A stretch of 46,473 nucleotides of DNA. Origin: a virus. Its lineage: Duplodnaviria; Heunggongvirae; Uroviricota; Caudoviricetes. The stretch lies in the IMG/VR virus record IMGVR_UViG_2563366824_000001; one strand, written 5' to 3'. The notes beneath the pieces were generated by a model, which ran no database searches, was not told where the DNA came from, and worked only from the letters and a program-made list of their open reading frames with translations. Made by a program: the position numbers and the translations under genes. This document shows positions 41,347 through 46,473 of this stretch, in pieces (the first letter of the stretch is position 1; each line of letters starts with the position of its first letter).

Positions 41347-43746
41347 ATGGCAGCAGTAAAAATCTCAGGTGTGCTGAAAGATGGTGCGGGAAAACCAATA
41401 CAGAACTGCACTATTCAACTGAAGGCAAAGCGTAACAGCACCACGGTACTGGTGAACACGGTGGCTTCTGAAAATCCGGATGAAGCCGGACGTTACAGCA
41501 TGGATGTTGAGTATGGCCAGTACAGCGTCACCCTGCTGGTTGAAGGTTTTCCGCCTTCACATGCCGGGACCATCACCGTGTATGAAGATTCTAAGCCGGG
41601 GACGCTGAATGATTTTCTCGGTGCCATGACGGAAGATGATGTCATGCCGGAGGCATTGCGTCGTTTTGAGGAAATGGTGGAAGAAGCGGCACGCAACGCT
41701 GAAGCCGCCTCTCAGAGCGCAGCGGCGGCAAAGAAATCCGAAACTGCAGCGGCATCATCGAAGAACGCGGCGAAAACCTCAGAAACGAATGCAGCTAATA
41801 GTGCACAGGCGGCAGCGACCTCAAAGACTGCATCGGCAAACTCCGCGACAGCAGCCAAAAAATCAGAAACCAACGCGAAAAATAGCGAGACAGCCGCAAA
41901 GACGAGCGAAACCAACGCAAAGTCCAGCCAGACGGCAGCGAAAACCAGCGAAACGAATGCCAAAGCCAGTGAAACTGCGGCAAAAAACAGCCAGGTTGCA
42001 GCAGCCCAAAGCGAGAGCGCGGCAGCCGGTTCTGCGACTTCAGCAGCTGGATCAGCAACTGCTGCGGCTAACAGCCAGAAAGCTGCGAAGACGAGTGAAA
42101 CTAACGCAAAGTCCAGCCAGACGGCAGCGAAGACCAGCGAAACGAATGCCAAAGCCAGCGAAACTGCGGCGAAAAACAGTCAGGATGCAGCAGCCCAAAG
42201 CGAGAGTGCTGCAGCTGGTTCTGCAAGCGCGGCGGCTGCTTCTGCCACTGCATCAGCCAACAGTCAAAAAGCAGCAAAAACCAGTGAAACCAATGCAAAG
42301 ACAAGCGAGACTGCAGCGGCGAACTCGGCGAAAGCATCGGCAGCAAGCCAGACAGCAGCTAAAGCAAGTGAAGACGCAGCCAGAGAGTATGCAAGTCAGG
42401 CAGCAGAGCCGTATAAATATGTCTTACAGCCACTGCCTGATGTGTGGATACCGTTTAATGATTCACTGGATATGATTACGGGCTTTTCGCCGTCATATAA
42501 AAAAATTGTTATTGGTGATGATGAAATAACGATGCCTGGCGACAAGGTTGTTAAGTTTAAACGCGCATCAACTGCCACATATATCAATAAATCAGGCGTA
42601 TTTAGTGTTGCTAAAATTGATGAGCCACGATTTGAAAAAGAAGGTTTATTGATTGAAGGACAGCGCACTAACTATTTTGTTAAATCCAATACTCCCGCTG
42701 AATGGACGAGTACCAGCAATATCGATAAAACTAATAATGGTGTTGATGAATTTGGTTTTTCATATGCCAAAATGCGAACAAAAGATAATATGACAGGACA
42801 ATCATCTGCACTTAGTCTGCATACATGCAGTGCATCCCGGGGGATTGATGTTAGTGGCGATAATAAGTATTGCACTGTTTCATGCAGGGTTAAAGCTCCT
42901 GATGGTCTTCGTTGTCGTTTGCGTTTTGAAAAATACGATGGGTCGGTTTATACATTTTTAGGAGATGCTTATTTAACTTTCGGAACTCTGATAATAGAAA
43001 AAACTGGCGGAGCAGCCAATAGAATAGCAGCTACTGCAACTAAAGATCCGGTTACAGGGTGGATTTTCTATGAGGCAACTATAGAAGCTGTTGAAGGTGA
43101 AACCTTAATTGGCGCAATGATTCAGTATGCGCCGAAAAAAGGTGGTATAACTGAAGCGGGAGATTATATTTACCTTGCAACACCACAATTTGAAAACGGC
43201 GGATGTGCTTCATCTTTTGTTATTACGACAACTGCACCCGCAACCCGCTCCAGTGATATGGTGACGATCCCAACTGAAAATAATATCTATAATAGACCGC
43301 TTACGTGTCTTGTCGAGGTTAATAGAAATTGGGGCGATATTCCTCCTAATGTAGCACCGCGTATTTTTGATTTTTCTGGTGTGCCACCTATTGAGTCAAT
43401 TACATACGCTTTTAACACAACTGAGAAATATTACGGTCAGCTTTATATGCAAACTTATAAAGCGTCGACAAGTACTTACGTTTCTAGTGTGTTTGCTGGT
43501 CGAACTGATGTTCGAAAATTCATTGGTGGTTTTAATATTTATTCTGATGGTACTAAACGAGTAGTTTCTAACGGTGAGGCTACTAAAACTATGAAAACGG
43601 AGTGGACGGGCGTAAAAACACGGACCTTTATTCGAATTGGAGGTCAAGCCACATCGGGAACTCGTCATCTATTCGGCCATTTGAGAAATCTTCGTCTCTG
43701 GCATAAAGAATTAACTGATGCGCAAATGGGGGAGAGTATTAAATGA
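41347..43746 (+). CDS. stf: Side tail fibre protein Stf with Ala/Thr/Ser-rich repeat region and a divergent C-terminal domain
   Basis: N-terminus AVKISGVLKDGAGKPIQNCTIQLKAKRNSTTVLVNTVASENPDEAGRYSMDVEYGQYSV matches lambda Stf; C-terminus ends ...LRNLRLWHKELTDAQM (LamG/ConA-like signature); AT-rich 3' half. Confidence 0.85.
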   Translation: MAAVKISGVLKDGAGKPIQNCTIQLKAKRNSTTVLVNTVASENPDEAGRYSMDVEYGQYSVTLLVEGFPPSHAGTITVYEDSKPGTLNDFLGAMTEDDVMPEALRRFEEMVEEAARNAEAASQSAAAAKKSETAAASSKNAAKTSETNAANSAQAAATSKTASANSATAAKKSETNAKNSETAAKTSETNAKSSQTAAKTSETNAKASETAAKNSQVAAAQSESAAAGSATSAAGSATAAANSQKAAKTSETNAKSSQTAAKTSETNAKASETAAKNSQDAAAQSESAAAGSASAAAASATASANSQKAAKTSETNAKTSETAAANSAKASAASQTAAKASEDAAREYASQAAEPYKYVLQPLPDVWIPFNDSLDMITGFSPSYKKIVIGDDEITMPGDKVVKFKRASTATYINKSGVFSVAKIDEPRFEKEGLLIEGQRTNYFVKSNTPAEWTSTSNIDKTNNGVDEFGFSYAKMRTKDNMTGQSSALSLHTCSASRGIDVSGDNKYCTVSCRVKAPDGLRCRLRFEKYDGSVYTFLGDAYLTFGTLIIEKTGGAANRIAATATKDPVTGWIFYEATIEAVEGETLIGAMIQYAPKKGGITEAGDYIYLATPQFENGGCASSFVITTTAPATRSSDMVTIPTENNIYNRPLTCLVEVNRNWGDIPPNVAPRIFDFSGVPPIESITYAFNTTEKYYGQLYMQTYKASTSTYVSSVFAGRTDVRKFIGGFNIYSDGTKRVVSNGEATKTMKTEWTGVKTRTFIRIGGQATSGTRHLFGHLRNLRLWHKELTDAQMGESIK
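41893..42221. repeat. Two roughly 144-bp direct repeat copies (about 185-bp period) inside stf, over a background of shorter 33-bp-period repeats
   Basis: AAKTSETNAKSSQTAAKTSETNAKASETAAKNSQ.AAAQSESAAAGSA is encoded twice (about 41893..42036 and 42078..42221) with near-identical DNA. Confidence 0.7.
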
Positions 43747-44024
43747 AAGATTTAACACTCAAATTTGCAGACAGGGTCGACTTTTCGGCCTTTATGGAGA
43801 GCATTGGCTATTATGATGACGAGTCGATGCAGGATGATATTCTTATTGACGTGATAGGTAATGTGTACAAAGAAACCGGAGAACTTACTGAAGATGGCGA
43901 GCCGGTATGTGTTAAGGAGGACGGATATTTTGTAAATGTGCGCATCATTAATGATTCGCAAATATCGTCATTATTCGATGAACACGCGGTTGCTGTTGAG
44001 CATCAACTCCGTAGCTGGATGTGA
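43743..44024 (+). CDS. Hypothetical protein downstream of stf (possible fibre-associated chaperone/adaptor)
   Basis: 93-aa acidic ORF, ATGA-coupled to the stf stop; AT-rich. Confidence 0.5.
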   Translation: MKDLTLKFADRVDFSAFMESIGYYDDESMQDDILIDVIGNVYKETGELTEDGEPVCVKEDGYFVNVRIINDSQISSLFDEHAVAVEHQLRSWM

Positions 44025-44033
44025 GGAAGAAAA

Positions 44034-44738
44034 ATGGCTACATCGACAGTAATTCCTGATGACATCAAAACGCTAAAGGGAGATGTCAGTAAGGCAAAGG
44101 AAGATATTTCCTCAATTAACGTAAAAGTATCAACGCTTCAGACTGATATGGACAGTGCAAAGCAGGATATCAGTACCAGATACACAAAAACAGAAGTGGA
44201 TAATAAGCTGAAAAACAAAGTGGAAGTGAACGATCTGGAAAGTGGTCGTTATGGCGGAGATTTTTACCCGCTGACTGGCCGTGAAGCGTTTTATTTATGG
44301 GGATTGGGCACAACTACAGCGGCGGCAAATCTTTATCTTAATCCTGACCCTGCAATTTCGTCTGTGCTGCGGTCAACATCGTCTATCCGCTATAAACATT
44401 CAGTAGAGACGATAGATTCAGAGCACGCCGATCTCATTTTCAGGATGCGCCCTGTGTGGTACAGGTCGCAATGCGAAAATGACAGGCGTGACTGGGGATT
44501 CTATGGATTGATTGCCGAGGAAGTAGGAGAAATTGCCCCTCAGTTTGTTCACTGGCGACCAGCCAACGAAGATGATGCACCGGAAACCATTTCCAGCAAT
44601 GGCCTTGTTGCCGAAGGTGTAATGTACGAACGTCTGGTTGTTCCACTGATTCACCATATCCAGAAACTGACTGAAAGAGTTGATGAACTTGAGTCAGAAT
44701 TGAAGTTGTTATCAACTTCCCAAAGCGATATCGGATAA
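44034..44738 (+). CDS. Small coiled-coil fibre-like protein with C-terminal S74-type intramolecular chaperone domain
   Basis: SD gagga; N-terminal heptad-repeat region; C-terminal STSSIRYKHSVETIDS ... RPVWYRS ... GFYGLIAEEVGEIAPQFV ... ERLVVPLIHHIQKLTERVDELESEL fits the S74 pattern. Confidence 0.55.
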   Translation: MATSTVIPDDIKTLKGDVSKAKEDISSINVKVSTLQTDMDSAKQDISTRYTKTEVDNKLKNKVEVNDLESGRYGGDFYPLTGREAFYLWGLGTTTAAANLYLNPDPAISSVLRSTSSIRYKHSVETIDSEHADLIFRMRPVWYRSQCENDRRDWGFYGLIAEEVGEIAPQFVHWRPANEDDAPETISSNGLVAEGVMYERLVVPLIHHIQKLTERVDELESELKLLSTSQSDIG

Positions 44739-44748
44739 AGGAGGAGTA

Positions 44749-45042
44749 ATGGATATAACACCTTTTCTTCATGCGCTTTGTGCTGTGGCTGCGCAGGTAA
44801 TGATTGGTCTTTTTACCGGAAACTGGGTTTACGGGGCGATAGCCGGTTGTACGTTCTTCATTGCGCGTGAACACACCCAGGCAGAATATCGCTGGATTGA
44901 AATGTTCGGGCATGGCAAGCGGATTAACATGCCGTGGTGGGGCGGTTTTGATCCGCGTGTTTGGGATGTGGCAAGCCTGATAGATTTTGCTGTGCCGGTG
45001 GTGGCGTGTCTGCTGGTCTGGCTGTTGGTTAATCGTGGGTGA
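44749..45042 (+). CDS. Small inner-membrane protein with two predicted TM helices
   Basis: SD aaggagg; hydrophobic helices LHALCAVAAQVMIGLFTGNWVYGAIAGCTFFIA and VASLIDFAVPVVACLLVWLLV. Confidence 0.6.
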   Translation: MDITPFLHALCAVAAQVMIGLFTGNWVYGAIAGCTFFIAREHTQAEYRWIEMFGHGKRINMPWWGGFDPRVWDVASLIDFAVPVVACLLVWLLVNRG

Positions 45043-45052
45043 AAAAAGGTGA

Positions 45053-45172
45053 GCTGTATATGCAACGGAGGAAGAAACCCCGTTGCTGGAAGCCTGGAAA
45101 AAGTATCGGGTGTTGCTGAACCGTGTTGATACGTCAACTGCACAGGATATTGAATGGCCAGCACTGCCGTAG
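45053..45172 (+). pseudogene. tfa: 3'-terminal remnant (39 codons) of a tail fibre assembly gene tfa
   Basis: Open frame encodes [39 protein letters not shown], matching the conserved Tfa C-terminus (...YR..L..VDTSTAPDIEWP..P, from memory); no in-frame start, and an upstream TGA at 45050. Confidence 0.55.
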
Positions 45173-45269
45173 GGTAAAACATATAAATTCTATAATTAGA
45201 TGTATCTTTCCATTTACGGCAAGGAAGGGGGCTTGGAAGACGTAAAGCATCTCACACCGAGATTATTTT

Positions 45270-45860
45270 TTATATGTCAGGTGTCTGAAGTTTTGCTTTG
45301 GCTCTTAAAATGGTTTGCCGCGAGGTTTTGAATTCCCGGGCAATGGCACTTATACTTACACCTGACTTAATTCGTTCGAATACCACCTGTTTCTGTTCTT
45401 CATTTAACACAGGTGGTCGACCAAAACGTTTCCCTGCGCCCCGGGCTCTTACTATCCCGGAATGAGTGCGTTCAAGTAAAAGGTCTCGTTCAAATTCAGC
45501 GACTGCTGAAATTACTTGCATCATCATTTTTCCTGTTGGACTGGTCAGGTCAATGCCCCCCAATGCTAAGCAATGCACTCTGATACCTGTTTCGGTCAGT
45601 TGTTCCACTGTTTTCCTGATATCCATTGCATTACAACCAAGGCGATCCAGTTTTGTCACAATCAATTGATCACCACATTTCAGGCGAGCAAGCAACCGGT
45701 TAAAACCAGGACGCTCACTGGTTGCTGCTGAGCCGCTAATGTGTTCTTCGATTATTTGCTGAGGTTTGATTTTAAAACCTGCACTTTCGATTTCCCGGCG
45801 TTGATTTTCGGTGGTCTGATCCAGAGTTGATATCCGACAGTAAGCAAAAATTCGAGACAT
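45270..45860 (-). CDS. Serine recombinase (resolvase / Pin-like DNA invertase family)
   Basis: 196 aa; N-terminal catalytic motif [13 protein letters not shown] with Ser nucleophile, LDRLG motif, C-terminal HTH ([15 protein letters not shown]). Confidence 0.85.
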
Positions 45861-46239
45861 AGTGAGACTCTATACGAAATTGGTGTACATATCATAATGC
45901 ATATCCAAAAATTATTTCGCTTATTATTGCACATATTTGTATGTATACGTTCGAAAATAAACAAATTCGGATGCAGTCCCGTAATTTTGGTGTAACCCAA
46001 AATCGATTTTTTGAAAAATGGCTTTAACTCGGTTTGTTTTTCGAACTCCGGGCGGACTCGAGAAAGACGAATAATAGTGTTGTATGTTGTTTTAGCCAGA
46101 TTTCAATTTGTTTGGTCTTGGAAAAGTGGAGCAAAAAGTTGTTAAAGTGGAAAAATGGTAAAAAAGTAGGTTGTTGCGGCATAACGTAGTTGTTGATATT
46201 TTTTAATGCATTGAAAAATTATTTTTCAGGGGGTGTTTA

Positions 46240-46473
46240 TTACACTTTACCATTTAAATTTTGGTTGTCTTTAAGAACTGATATCGCTGTTTGTAATAAT
46301 TCTTTGTTATCCAGCCATGACTTTTTCTTTATGTTTCCTTCAATGTAATCAAGCAATGTTCTGGTATTGATAGGTCTTCCCTGTTTTGCCACTTCCACGA
46401 CAGCATCTCCCAGGATAATTCTGACTTCAGGAAGCTGCGCGGGGAACCACTTTAGGGTGTCTTTTGATTTCAT
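46240..46473 (-). CDS. Hypothetical small protein; start codon is the last three bases of the window
   Basis: 77-aa ORF MKSKDTLKWFPAQLP...; promoter and SD lie outside the window, so the start cannot be validated. Confidence 0.35.
   Translation of the reverse strand: MKSKDTLKWFPAQLPEVRIILGDAVVEVAKQGRPINTRTLLDYIEGNIKKKSWLDNKELLQTAISVLKDNQNLNGKV

Noticed and set aside
41636-42475. 279-aa Arg/Gln/Pro-rich + ORF and minus-strand ORFs (41712..42152, 41795..42058, 42101..42346) within the stf repeat region
   Set aside because: Alternative-frame artefacts of the Ala/Thr/Ser codon repeats of stf; low-complexity translations; stf frame is supported by N-terminal homology to lambda Stf.
43700-46000. 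Invertible (shufflon-like) segment with alternative tail-fibre C-termini, expected near a Pin-like recombinase
   Set aside because: No opposite-strand stf/tfa-like coding segments and no clear 26-bp inverted crossover sites were found by eye; retained only as a question in the findings.

Overview
This window is almost entirely one lambdoid (lambda-like siphovirus) prophage from an enterobacterial (E. coli/Shigella-like) genome, starting at its integrase-proximal junction. All calls rest on reading the six-frame translations and the DNA by eye and on remembered family features; no searches were run. Order along the + strand: a truncated prfC 5' fragment (91..165) abutting a tyrosine integrase (386..1609), suggesting integration into the 5' end of prfC; a low-GC orphan gene (1895..2614); a minus-strand early-left block (Xis-like, two DUF551-like proteins, HD-domain YfdR-like, YfdQ-like, 3083..5974); an immunity region with a LexA-type cI repressor and Cro flanking a palindromic operator (7175..8140); a replication initiator with internal iterons (9086..10027); a nin-like region (PerC-like, Dam-type methyltransferase, LexA DNA-binding-domain-only protein, frameshifted rusA, KilA-N protein, DUF968 protein); a Q-like antiterminator with a PR'/tR'-like unit; cold-shock-protein and gnsB morons interleaved with a holin/SAR-endolysin/Rz-Rz1 lysis cassette; a lambda-like cos region; and lambda-like head and tail genes (terminase, W, portal, ClpP-protease/capsid fusion, FII, Z, U, V, G/T, H, M, L, K, I, J), then lom and stf. 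Gene I is split by an IS911-like IS3-family element with a 3-bp target duplication, and rusA plus one early ORF are frameshifted, so the prophage is probably defective. The most novel-looking part is the right end: an AT-rich module with a LamG-like Stf C-terminus, a 93-aa ORF, a 234-aa coiled-coil protein with an S74-type intramolecular-chaperone domain and a 97-aa two-helix membrane protein, which appears to have replaced most of tfa (only a 39-codon 3' remnant remains) next to a Pin/resolvase-like serine recombinase. Other candidates are the orphan gene by int and a convergent zinc-ribbon gene in the rex-equivalent position beside cI. No tRNA, rRNA or CRISPR array was recognised.
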